A stretch of DNA of 64,000 bases from Gemmatimonas sp. (GTDB lineage: Bacteria; Gemmatimonadota; Gemmatimonadetes; Gemmatimonadales; Gemmatimonadaceae), in NCBI GenBank assembly GCA_965279375.1, contig OZ257156.1, positions 3,584,001 to 3,648,000 on the forward strand, written 5' to 3'. Below the pieces are notes generated by a model. That model was not told where the DNA came from, searched no databases, and was given only the letters and a program-made list of their open reading frames with translations. Of this stretch, positions 29,172-40,252 are shown piece after piece. Both the position numbers and the translations under genes were made by a program. The first letter of the stretch is position 1, and the number at the start of each line of letters is the position of its first letter.

Positions 29172-30196
29172 CGCTGCCATCCGACGGTTCTGCCGCTCTG
29201 CACGACTCGTGGACGTCGCGCGTTGGCACGGCAGCGATCGCCGGACTGCTGCTGCTGGGATGTGTGGTGCTGCTGGGCGTCGCCGTTGGCGCAGTCTCCA
29301 TTCCGCTGTCCGACGCGATGCAGGCATTGCGCGGAGTTGGTGACAGCGCACTGGTGGCCATCGTGCGCGATCTGCGACTGCCACGCGTGCTGTTGGCCGG
29401 TTGTGTTGGTGCCGGCCTTTCGATGAGCGGCGGTGCACTGCAAGGCACGTTGCGCAATCCGTTGGCGGAGCCCTACCTGCTTGGTGTCTCAGGAGGCGCA
29501 GCAGTCGGCGCGGTCGTGCTGATGGGACTCGGCATTACGCAACCGGCGTTGCTCACACTCGGCGCTTTTGGTGGTGCCGCGCTCGCCACGCTCTTAGTGA
29601 CCGGTATTGCGCGCGTCGTCGGCGGCAGTGGCGATACGCGTCTCCTGCTCATGGCCGGTGTAGTGGTCGGTGCCTTCGCGAATGCGGCCATTCTCATAGC
29701 GCTGGCCGATGCACCGCCTGAACGGCTGCGCGGTGCACTCTGGTGGATGATGGGCTCTGCGGCCGATGCATCATGGCCGTCGCTGGCGCGTGTCGCGCTT
29801 GCGGTCGCGTTCTTCGGCGCGTTTCTCCTCTGGTGGGCGCGTGATCTCGATGTGTTGTCGCTAGGTGACGAGCCGGCGGCGGCACTCGGTGTGGATGTCG
29901 ATCGCGCCGCACGGCGGATCTTTCTCGTCGGATCGTGGCTGGCGGCCGCCACGGTGGCTGCGGCGGGGCTCATTGGCTTCGTCGGGCTCGTGGTACCCAA
30001 CATTGCCCGCGCACTCGGCGCGCGCAGACATCGCCACGTGCTGCTGCTCTCGGCGATCTACGGCGCCGTGCTGCTCATCGCGGCCGATCTCGTTGCTCGA
30101 ACCGTGCGCGCGCCTGCCGAGTTGCCACTCGGTGCAGTGACGGCGTTGATCGGCGTGCCGTTCTTCCTGATGCGTTTGCGGAAGCTCGCATCGTGA
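29168..30196 (+). CDS. btuC: Cobalamin ABC transporter permease (FecCD/BtuC family)
   Basis: LRLPRVLL, RNPLAEPYLLGVSGGA, IGFVGLVVP, ELPLG.VTALIG.P. Confidence 0.9.
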   Translation: MTLPSDGSAALHDSWTSRVGTAAIAGLLLLGCVVLLGVAVGAVSIPLSDAMQALRGVGDSALVAIVRDLRLPRVLLAGCVGAGLSMSGGALQGTLRNPLAEPYLLGVSGGAAVGAVVLMGLGITQPALLTLGAFGGAALATLLVTGIARVVGGSGDTRLLLMAGVVVGAFANAAILIALADAPPERLRGALWWMMGSAADASWPSLARVALAVAFFGAFLLWWARDLDVLSLGDEPAAALGVDVDRAARRIFLVGSWLAAATVAAAGLIGFVGLVVPNIARALGARRHRHVLLLSAIYGAVLLIAADLVARTVRAPAELPLGAVTALIGVPFFLMRLRKLAS

Positions 30197-31038
30197 CTAC
30201 GCACCCGATGCCCCTGGTGTTTGAAGATGTATCGGTCCGATATCCGGGACGGACCGCGTTCGCCTTGGACGGTGTGTCGCTCGACGCGCGATCTGGCACG
30301 ATTACGGCAGTCGTCGGTCCTAACGGAAGCGGGAAGAGCACGCTCGTTCGTTCGCTACTGCGCCGCGCGCCGCTCTCGCGAGGCCGCGTGCTGGTGGGTG
30401 GTGTTGACGTTGCTGCGATCTCGGCGCGCGAGTTTGCACAGTTGGCGGCTGTGGTACCGCAGCGCGAGGAGCCCACGCTCCCGTTGCGCGTTGACGAGTT
30501 CATCGCACTCGGTCGCCATGCGCGGCGCTCGGCGTTTGGTGCAATGCGGACAGCCGACGTACGCGCAGTCGCCGTCGCCATCGAGCGTTCGGGAGTTGGC
30601 GACACCGCGATGCGGCGCACGGATGAGCTGTCGGGCGGCGAGTGGCAGCGTGTACGAATCGCGCGCGCACTCGCGCAGGAAACGTCGATTCTGGTGCTTG
30701 ATGAACCGACGGCCTTCCTCGATATCGCACACGAGATGGCTGTCTTTGAGCTGCTCGATGCCATCGCGCGCGAAGGGCGCACCGTGATGCTCGTGAGTCA
30801 TCAACTGAATCTCGTTGCCCGGTTCGCATCGAAGATCGTGTTGATGCACGCCGGTACGGTTGCGGCCTCTGGTGCCGTCGATGACGTGATGCGAGGCGAG
30901 ATCCTGGAACGCGTCTACGACTGGCCACTGGTCGTCACTCGCGATCCTGCGGTCGGTGCACCGGCGCTGCTGCCGCTGCGCGGCCGTTCGATGGCTCGCG
31001 CGGGACAGCCGTCGGATCGGGGACGCGACGGCCGATGA
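30193..31038 (+). CDS. btuD: Cobalamin ABC transporter ATP-binding protein
   Basis: GPNGSGKST, LSGGEWQRV.IARALAQ, LDEPT. Confidence 0.88.
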   Translation: MTTHPMPLVFEDVSVRYPGRTAFALDGVSLDARSGTITAVVGPNGSGKSTLVRSLLRRAPLSRGRVLVGGVDVAAISAREFAQLAAVVPQREEPTLPLRVDEFIALGRHARRSAFGAMRTADVRAVAVAIERSGVGDTAMRRTDELSGGEWQRVRIARALAQETSILVLDEPTAFLDIAHEMAVFELLDAIAREGRTVMLVSHQLNLVARFASKIVLMHAGTVAASGAVDDVMRGEILERVYDWPLVVTRDPAVGAPALLPLRGRSMARAGQPSDRGRDGR

Positions 31039-33116
31039 TTCATCTCGCGCTGCTCGCGTTCCTCACGCAGTCTGCGGACTCCGCATCAATCTGTATAGAA
31101 GATGCGCTGACCCACGCGCCGCTCACCGGCGTTCATGTCACGGCTAGCGCCACGAGCAACAGTCGCGTCAGCGCAACGAGTTGCCTGCGTGTGGTAGCCG
31201 GTCGTGTCGTTCTCCGCCACGTCGGCTATCGGCCCCGCACCATCCAACTCAGCGCAGATTCGGCAGTTCTCTATGTCGCGTTGCTGCCGCTCTCGGCGTC
31301 GAGATCGGGCGATGCCACGCTGCTTGCCGTGCGCCGAGTCGTTGCGGATGCATCGCGTCCGGCCGCAGGACGAACGGTACAGCGCGTGGATGTGGCGTCG
31401 GCGCGCGAGATGGGCATCACAAGCACGGCCGGACTGCTCGGCGCGCTGCCGTTCGCGTCTATTCGCTCGGCGCGAGGTGAGACTGGGGTTTCGCTGCGAG
31501 GCGCACGCCGCGAGCAGGTCGTCATCACGCTCGATGGCATGCCGCTGAATGATCCGTCGACTGGTGTCGCGGATGCGTCTGACGTGCCACTCGTCGCGCT
31601 CGGCGGCGCCTCCGTGGTGCTTGGCGCAGATCCGCTCAACGCAGGACCCGGTGCTTCTGGAGGCGTAGTCTCGCTCGAGAGCGCCGCGCAGCGGGCGCTC
31701 ACGGTAACCACCGGCGCCTTTGGTGTGCACGGACTCGAGGCGGCGGGAGCGGCTGCGACGGGATTGGGGCTCTGGCGTGCCACGGGCAGCTACAGAGAGG
31801 CTGCCAATGACTTCCCGTTCGAGAACGACGCCGGGGCAACGGGGGTCGGAGCGAGGGAGCGCCGCATCAACAACGACGAGACACGCTCCGCGCTTTCACT
31901 CGGCCTGACGACGGCGCGCACACAACTGGCGGTGCTCGCCTCGAGTAGTACACGTGGCATGGTGGGCCCGGCGAACGTGCGCACCTACGATGCCGACCGC
32001 GCACGTACGGAGCGCGTGCAGCTGCGAGCGCAGGCGTCGACCGCTGGCGTTCAACTGATCAGCGGCGTGCGTGCATTCTCGCTCGCGTATCGGGACCCAA
32101 CTCGCCCCTCGCTCGATGCGAGTGCGCATGCAGTCGCCGGCGACGCGGAGCTGAGTGGAATGCTGCGTACGGTTCGATGGCGTGCGGGCGGAGGAGCTGA
32201 TCGAGTGCGCGCAACGGGCGGAATCGAACAGGCGCGCGGACGGGCGTTTCTCGTTGGCAGCTCGTCGCGACGATCCGCTCGAGGCGCGATGGACGTTGGC
32301 GTGCGCGTCGATGCGATCGGGACCTTCGGTGCGCTGCCGTCGTTCTCGCTTGGTGCGGAGCGCACGCTGCTGGGAAGCCGTGACGCGCACACGGAGAGCG
32401 ACCTCCTGTGGACGCTTGGCGCACGGTGGTCGCAGGCTCTTCGTGTACCGACCCTTTACGACCTCTACTTTTCGTCGCCGCAACGCCTCTTCGTGCGTAC
32501 ACTGCGTCCGGAACGGGTTCTGCTCGACGGCGAGTTGCAGTCGCGTTTGGCTGGGCGCATCGCCGGTGGTGCGTTCACGTTGCAGGCCTCGTTGGTCGCG
32601 CGAGACACGAAGGACGCCATCGTCTGGTTCCCCGGAAATTTCGGATGGAGCCCGGCGAATGTCGGACGCGAACGACTTCGCGGCGCAGAGGCACGCGCGG
32701 CGTTTCGGCGCAGCGCGCTCCGCCGCGCGATCGTGGACGTGTCCGCGTGGGTGACGCGATACGATGCCACACTCGAAACAGAGTCGTTGCGCATCCCGAC
32801 GCCGTACGTCGCGCGCACGGCAGGTGGCGCGCAGTTCTTGTTGCAAGACGACGGCAGCGCGTTGAGCGTGCGCATGCATGCCACGGGCCGCCGTCCATTC
32901 AGTGCAGGACCTCGCAATGCCGCTTTCGAGCTGCCGGCGGTTCTGCTCTCCGACGTGGCGCTCTCGCGGCACGTTGCAGTACTCGCGACCGATGCCCTCG
33001 TGTCCTTGTCGCTCGACAATGCGACGGACGTGCGATGGCAGTCGGTGCGGGGCTTCCCCTCGCCCGGCAGAAGTTGGGCGATCTCCACCACCATCCGACA
33101 CCGCACCAACCCATGA
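31035..33116 (+). CDS. TonB-dependent outer-membrane receptor (BtuB-like)
   Basis: Plug motif SLRGA..EQVVI.LDG.PLND; R.PTLYDLY; DNATD...GFPSPGRSW; inside the B12-riboswitch operon. Confidence 0.8.
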   Translation: MIHLALLAFLTQSADSASICIEDALTHAPLTGVHVTASATSNSRVSATSCLRVVAGRVVLRHVGYRPRTIQLSADSAVLYVALLPLSASRSGDATLLAVRRVVADASRPAAGRTVQRVDVASAREMGITSTAGLLGALPFASIRSARGETGVSLRGARREQVVITLDGMPLNDPSTGVADASDVPLVALGGASVVLGADPLNAGPGASGGVVSLESAAQRALTVTTGAFGVHGLEAAGAAATGLGLWRATGSYREAANDFPFENDAGATGVGARERRINNDETRSALSLGLTTARTQLAVLASSSTRGMVGPANVRTYDADRARTERVQLRAQASTAGVQLISGVRAFSLAYRDPTRPSLDASAHAVAGDAELSGMLRTVRWRAGGGADRVRATGGIEQARGRAFLVGSSSRRSARGAMDVGVRVDAIGTFGALPSFSLGAERTLLGSRDAHTESDLLWTLGARWSQALRVPTLYDLYFSSPQRLFVRTLRPERVLLDGELQSRLAGRIAGGAFTLQASLVARDTKDAIVWFPGNFGWSPANVGRERLRGAEARAAFRRSALRRAIVDVSAWVTRYDATLETESLRIPTPYVARTAGGAQFLLQDDGSALSVRMHATGRRPFSAGPRNAAFELPAVLLSDVALSRHVAVLATDALVSLSLDNATDVRWQSVRGFPSPGRSWAISTTIRHRTNP

Positions 33117-34297
33117 TGTTTGTACACGCCAGTCCGACTCAGGCGCTAGCGCGCCGCATGCGTATCGCGCGCGTCAGCGTTGCGTCGCTCGCGCTCGGTC
33201 TCACCGCCGTCGCCTGCGGCGACGACGGAGCACTCAACACAGTCCCGCAGCCGCCCAAGGGCATCGTTGTACTCGACGGTTTCATTCAGCCCGGTCTCAC
33301 GCTGCTGCCGGACACGGGCAGCGCGAGCTCGCGCGTGATCTTCGGCGCGCCAACCGAGTTCGACGCCGGTGGCTTCACGCTCGAACGCGATACGGTACTC
33401 GCGACGTCCAGTCGCGCGGCCGGTGATCTGCTCTATATCGCCGATCTCAGAACCGGCACGATGCGTCGCCTGCAGCTTCCGGCGCGCAGCAACCCGTCTC
33501 GCGCGCGCCTCTTCCGAGGAAGCAACGGGCTCGCACTCATCGGTGTGGCGCTGCGCGACTCGAGTGCCATCGCGCTGGTCAGCACCAGCGGCTCGAACGC
33601 GCCGACAATCACACGCATCGCGAATGCCGGTCTCTGTCCGACCGACATGTTCCAGTACGACAACGCGACGTGGGTGGTCGATGCAAACGCCAACTGCCGC
33701 ACGAACTACACCGTGCAGGGCGATGTGCGACTCATTCGCATCCCCAACACCGGCTCCACGCGCGATACGATCCTTCTGCCCGGCATGCGCGGCTCCGGCG
33801 CCGGCGCGATCGTGAGCGGCGACGTGGCCTACATCTCCGCCGGCGGTGACGCCAGCTTTGCGAACTTCCCGTACACGCTGCTCGCCTCGGGTTCACTCGC
33901 TAAGGTCGACCTCAAGAACAAGCGCGTACTGCAGCAGCGCGTCATGCCGTCCGGCTCGTACGGCGGCAGTACCAAGCTCGGTCTCGACGGCTTTCTCTAC
34001 GTGTCGCTGTACCAGGACCTCGCCAATTTTCGCAGTCGCATCATTAAAATGCGCACCGACGATCTCGGCTTCGTGACTGGAGTCCCCGCCGTCGCCACCA
34101 CCTCGTGGCTCGCGCTCACGGGCACGACGGGCACCGAAGTCGCCTGTGGTAGCGGTCAGGCGGATGCGCTCGGTCGCGTGCATTGCATCGCCAATGGCGC
34201 CGCGTCGGCGACGTCGCTGATTGTGTTCGATCCGGCGGGGCGTGAAACGCGGCGCGTACCGGCTGGGCAGGGCGGGGTGGACATCGGCCTGCGCTGA
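33113..34297 (+). CDS. Lipoprotein, predicted beta-propeller (possible BtuG-like B12-capture protein)
   Basis: Lipobox LTAVAC-GDD; repeated beta-strand blades (LYIADL, YISAG, LYVSL); start overlaps the receptor stop. Confidence 0.55.
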   Translation: MMFVHASPTQALARRMRIARVSVASLALGLTAVACGDDGALNTVPQPPKGIVVLDGFIQPGLTLLPDTGSASSRVIFGAPTEFDAGGFTLERDTVLATSSRAAGDLLYIADLRTGTMRRLQLPARSNPSRARLFRGSNGLALIGVALRDSSAIALVSTSGSNAPTITRIANAGLCPTDMFQYDNATWVVDANANCRTNYTVQGDVRLIRIPNTGSTRDTILLPGMRGSGAGAIVSGDVAYISAGGDASFANFPYTLLASGSLAKVDLKNKRVLQQRVMPSGSYGGSTKLGLDGFLYVSLYQDLANFRSRIIKMRTDDLGFVTGVPAVATTSWLALTGTTGTEVACGSGQADALGRVHCIANGAASATSLIVFDPAGRETRRVPAGQGGVDIGLR

Positions 34298-34348
34298 GTC
34301 ACCGGCGCGACGCCCACGCGGCGCGCGCGAGAGGCGCTATTCTCCAGC

Positions 34349-35107
34349 ATGCCACTGCTCGTCACCGACGCGATCGTGCTGCACGCGGTCGACTACCTCG
34401 AATCGTCTCGCATCCTGCGCCTCGCCACGCGCGAGGCCGGGGTGCAGTCGGTGGTGGCGCGCGGTGCGCGTTCCTCTCGCAAGCGGTTCGGGAGCGGTCT
34501 CGACCTGTTCGCAGAAGGGCAGGCGCAGATCCAGACCAAGCCCGGACGTGACCTGCACTCGCTCGTCTCCTTCGATGTCACGCGCTCGCGGCCGGCGCTC
34601 GCGACCGATCTGGATCGGTTTTCGGCGGCCAGCGCCCTGACCGAGTGCGTGATGCGGATCGTGCACGATGAGGCGGCGCCGACGGTCTATGACGGGGTCA
34701 AGTTGGGGCTCGATGCGATTGCCGCGGCGGAGCCGGAGCAGACCGTGACGACCGCGATGGGCGCGATTTGGCGGATGGTCAGTGAAGTCGGGTTCACGCC
34801 GGTGCTCGACCGCTGCGTAGAGTGCCACACGCCGATAGATGCCGACGATGATGCGATGTTCAGCCATCTGGCTGGCGGCACTCTGTGCGCTCGCTGCGGT
34901 GCCCAGATGCCGGGTGGACGACGACTGCCGGCCAGCGCCCGACTGGCGATCCTGCAGTGGATGGAAGGGCGCTTCGTGCCGATGGCCGAGTCCGACGCAC
35001 GTGCACACCAAAGGCTGCTCCGGGAGTTCCTCGGTCAACACCTGACCGACGCGCGAGCGCTCAAAGCCTACGTCAGTTGGGAGCGCGGGGTGTTCAAGTC
35101 TGCGTAA
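34349..35107 (+). CDS. recO: DNA repair protein RecO
   Basis: AIVL...DY.ESSRIL...TRE.G....ARGAR.S.KRFG; CVEC/CARC zinc finger. Confidence 0.93.
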   Translation: MPLLVTDAIVLHAVDYLESSRILRLATREAGVQSVVARGARSSRKRFGSGLDLFAEGQAQIQTKPGRDLHSLVSFDVTRSRPALATDLDRFSAASALTECVMRIVHDEAAPTVYDGVKLGLDAIAAAEPEQTVTTAMGAIWRMVSEVGFTPVLDRCVECHTPIDADDDAMFSHLAGGTLCARCGAQMPGGRRLPASARLAILQWMEGRFVPMAESDARAHQRLLREFLGQHLTDARALKAYVSWERGVFKSA

Positions 35108-35201
35108 AACGTTCTATTGGAACGATTTGCAATAGATGATGTGATGTGCTGCGCGAGATGGACAATGCCGCACGCGGAACGGCGACTCATGGGAATGTTG
35201 C

Positions 35202-35230
35202 TTGACTCCCTGTTTCGTGCGTCCTAGTTT
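35202..35230 (+). promoter_or_regulatory. Putative sigma70 promoter
   Basis: TTGACT-N17-TAGTTT upstream of CDS 35306. Confidence 0.6.
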
Positions 35231-35305
35231 CATGACAGGCAGTTCCTTCCTCACCCTCACCGGAGACTTCGACTAACCACCTGATTCGTCAGTCGGAGAA
35301 GCACC

Positions 35306-35755
35306 ATGAAACGTTCGTGGGCAGCACTGGGTCTGGTGCTCGCTCTCAGCGCTCTCATGCCAAAGGTTTCGGAGGCGCAGGATCTTCGGAAAAAACTCCC
35401 GGGCGTCACGCTCGGCCAGAATTATCCGAACCCCTTCAATCCCGAAACATTCATCCCGTTCAGTGTGGGCGAACCGCCCAGCTGTCCCGATAACGGAAAG
35501 CAGTATCGCGTGACCGTGAAGATCTACAACGTGCTTGCACAGCTTGTAGCGATTCCGGTTCTGCAACGTGGTTCGGGTGGGGTGGCAGGAGGTCAACCGT
35601 TGGAAAACCTCTCAGTCTCATGCGGTGAGTTCACCGCGTATTGGGATGGAAAGGTCCGTGGCACAGGACGGGAGGCCGCCTCAGGCGTGTACCTGTATCG
35701 CATCGAGGTTGATGGCGTGAAGGTGCTGATGGGAAAGATGATCAACGCGAAGTGA
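35306..35755 (+). CDS. Small secreted protein consisting of a single FlgD-Ig / T9SS C-terminal-domain-like module
   Basis: Signal peptide ending SEA-Q; LGQNYPNPFNPET, VKIYNVL.QLV, WDG, ASGVYLYRI. Confidence 0.75.
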   Translation: MKRSWAALGLVLALSALMPKVSEAQDLRKKLPGVTLGQNYPNPFNPETFIPFSVGEPPSCPDNGKQYRVTVKIYNVLAQLVAIPVLQRGSGGVAGGQPLENLSVSCGEFTAYWDGKVRGTGREAASGVYLYRIEVDGVKVLMGKMINAK

Positions 35756-35786
35756 GCACCACGAACGACCCGCAAGACAATTCATG

Positions 35787-35824
35787 ATGGCGCGCCGGGT
35801 GAGCGGACCCGGCGCGCCATTTTG
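35787..35824 (+). terminator. Rho-independent terminator
   Basis: 14-bp stem ATGGCGCGCCGGGT/ACCCGGCGCGCCAT followed by TTTT. Confidence 0.85.
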
Positions 35825-35899
35825 TATCCAGCCCCCACGCAAGCGCCGCAGCAATGGCGCATCTTTCCTCGTGAGTCCGCCGCTTCGGCATGGCGTTTT

Positions 35900-35915
35900 C
35901 GGCATCGCACTTGCC
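35900..35915 (+). promoter_or_regulatory. Candidate sigma54 (-24/-12) promoter for clpB
   Basis: CGGCAT-CGCAC-TTGC with GG and GC 12 nt apart. Confidence 0.45.
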
Positions 35916-35998
35916 ACCTAGCGCGGTATCTCGACGTACGGCCTGCGTCCGGAGAACTCATCTCTGCGACCGACCGCACGCGACCGACCAACCACGCC

Positions 35999-38665
<2,667 letters not shown>

Positions 38666-38709
38666 TCGGCTGAACGCGTGAGACACGCTCCTAAGAGGGT
38701 CTCACCGCT

Positions 38710-39177
38710 ATGAGCGCTGCGCCAATCGCCGCGGAGGATCTGGCGGCCATGCAGACCGCCCTCGCCGAAGCACGGGCGGCGGCGGATGCGGGTGAGGTGC
38801 CCGTGGGGGCGGTGGTGGTGCATCGGGGTGAGATCGTGGTCCGCGCTCGCAACGCGATGCGGAGCATGCGTGACCCGACGGCGCATGCCGAAGTGTTGGC
38901 GCTGCGTGAGGCGGCGGCGGTGCTGGACGAGAACGAGCTGCGATCGGCCACGCTGGTGGTCACGCTGGAGCCCTGTGCCATGTGTGCCGGAGCGATCGTT
39001 CTTGCACGCGTAGCGCGGCTGGTCTTCGGCGCCTGGGACGACAAGGCCGGAATGTGCGGATCGGTGGGGGATCTGGTGCGGCACGGAAGGCTCAATCACC
39101 AGCCCGAGGTCCGCGGCGGCGTCCTGGCCGAGGAATCCAGCGCAATGTTGCGAGAGTTCTTCGGTCAACGTCGTTGA
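38710..39177 (+). CDS. tadA: tRNA adenosine(34) deaminase
   Basis: EVPVGAVVV, DPTAHAE, TLEPCAMCAGA, FF..RR tail. Confidence 0.92.
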   Translation: MSAAPIAAEDLAAMQTALAEARAAADAGEVPVGAVVVHRGEIVVRARNAMRSMRDPTAHAEVLALREAAAVLDENELRSATLVVTLEPCAMCAGAIVLARVARLVFGAWDDKAGMCGSVGDLVRHGRLNHQPEVRGGVLAEESSAMLREFFGQRR

Positions 39178-39203
39178 CACTGAGGGCGCCGGTTTTTATG
39201 AAT
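39174..39203 (+). promoter_or_regulatory. Putative sigma70 promoter for the tRNA pair
   Basis: Perfect TTGACA overlapping the tadA stop, N17, imperfect TATGAA -10. Confidence 0.4.
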
Positions 39204-39274
39204 AGGGACTGTAGAATCGGCGCCTGATTTTTTGTTTGTGGCCGGTTGGCGGGTTGGTGATGGAGCAGGATCCT

Positions 39275-39361
39275 GGATAGGTGGCCGAGTGGTTGAAGGC
39301 ACCGGTCTCGAAAACCGGCGTGCCCGCAAGGGTACCGTGAGTTCGAATCTCACCCTGTCCG
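39275..39361 (+). tRNA. tRNA-Ser(CGA)
   Basis: Acceptor GGATAGG/CCTGTCC; anticodon arm CCGGT-CTCGAAA-ACCGG; long variable arm; GTTCGAATC; CCA not encoded. Confidence 0.95.
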
Positions 39362-39475
39362 CTGAGTGTGGTACAGTTCATCCGGTTTGCTTCGGATGAG
39401 GCAAGAACGACGCGCCGGCGTGCGGGTTCCGCGCCCGGCGCGTTTGTGCAGGGTCGGGTGCCGATGGTGCCCGAG

Positions 39476-39563
39476 GGATGGATGGCCGAGTGGTTTAAGG
39501 CGCACGCCTGGAAAGCGTGTGTACGTTAATAGCGTACCGTGAGTTCGAATCTCACTCCATCCG
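39476..39563 (+). tRNA. tRNA-Ser(GGA)
   Basis: Acceptor GGATGGA/TCCATCC; anticodon arm CACGC-CTGGAAA-GCGTG; long variable arm; GTTCGAATC; CCA not encoded. Confidence 0.95.
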
Positions 39564-39565
39564 TC

Positions 39566-39605
39566 ATCCCGTCAACGACTTCGGGCGTTGGCGGGATTGT
39601 TGTTT
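39566..39605 (+). terminator. Rho-independent terminator after the tRNAs
   Basis: Stem ATCCCGTCAACG/CGTTGGCGGGAT with C(TTCG)G loop and TGTTGTTT tail. Confidence 0.7.
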
Positions 39606-39752
39606 GTGGACGCGATTGGCCAAGATTTCTGAATCTCGTCGCGCCGCCAACGCGTTCCAATTGTCGTCGGCACGCGCCTGAGGGCGATCGACGTCCATTC
39701 CGCATCTGGTCTCACGAGTCATCGTCGCAAGTCCGCCTCACCGCGCACGAAC

Positions 39753-40091
39753 ATGGCGTCGTTTGAAGACGAGCTGTCCCTCCAGCAGTACCTGCGCGAC
39801 ATCGAGGCATACCCCGTGCTCTCGCGCGAAGAGGTCGAGGAGTTAGCGCGACGGGTCCGCGCCGGCGACGAAGATGCGATCGAAACACTGGTGCATTCGC
39901 ATCTGCGCTTCGCCGTCTCCGTCGCGCGCGAGTACGAGACCGAGGGCCTCTCGCTCTCGGACCTGATCAACGAGGCGAACCTTGGCCTCATTCGCGCGGC
40001 ACACAAGTTCGACGAGACGAACGGGATCGCGTTCGCGTCGTACGCAGACGCGTTGATTCGTGAGTCCATCCTGCGAGCGCTCCCCGGATAG
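39753..40091 (+). CDS. Sigma70 region 1.2 + region 2-only protein (mini-sigma or pseudogene)
   Basis: LQQYLRDI..YP.LSREE, LRFAVSVA..Y, LSDLINE.NLGLIRAAHKFD; stops at the end of domain 2 with no regions 3 or 4. Confidence 0.75.
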   Translation: MASFEDELSLQQYLRDIEAYPVLSREEVEELARRVRAGDEDAIETLVHSHLRFAVSVAREYETEGLSLSDLINEANLGLIRAAHKFDETNGIAFASYADALIRESILRALPG

Positions 40092-40252
40092 TTGGAAGGA
40101 CGCAGGAGCCGCGTTCCGACGATATCGTGGTGGTGACATGACCCCGAAGTGCTGGGTCGATCGAAACCGCAGTCTACGTGGTGTATCGTGAGAGGGGCCT
40201 GGTATCCGCAAACGGATCCTCGGCCAATCTCTTCGACCACGGTACGACTGTC

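Noticed and set aside
35118..35131. Sigma54-like TGGAAC..TTGCA
   Set aside because: GG and GC are 10 nt apart rather than the required 12.
39178..39475. SRP RNA (ffs), often found near tadA/tRNA-Ser
   Set aside because: The conserved CAGG..GGAA..AGCAG domain IV motif is not present.
40092..40252. Guanidine or c-di-GMP riboswitch upstream of the ArgZ-like gene
   Set aside because: Only short hairpins (ATCCG-CAAA-CGGAT, GACCC/GGGTC); no ykkC core, paired ACGR loops or GEMM motif recognised.
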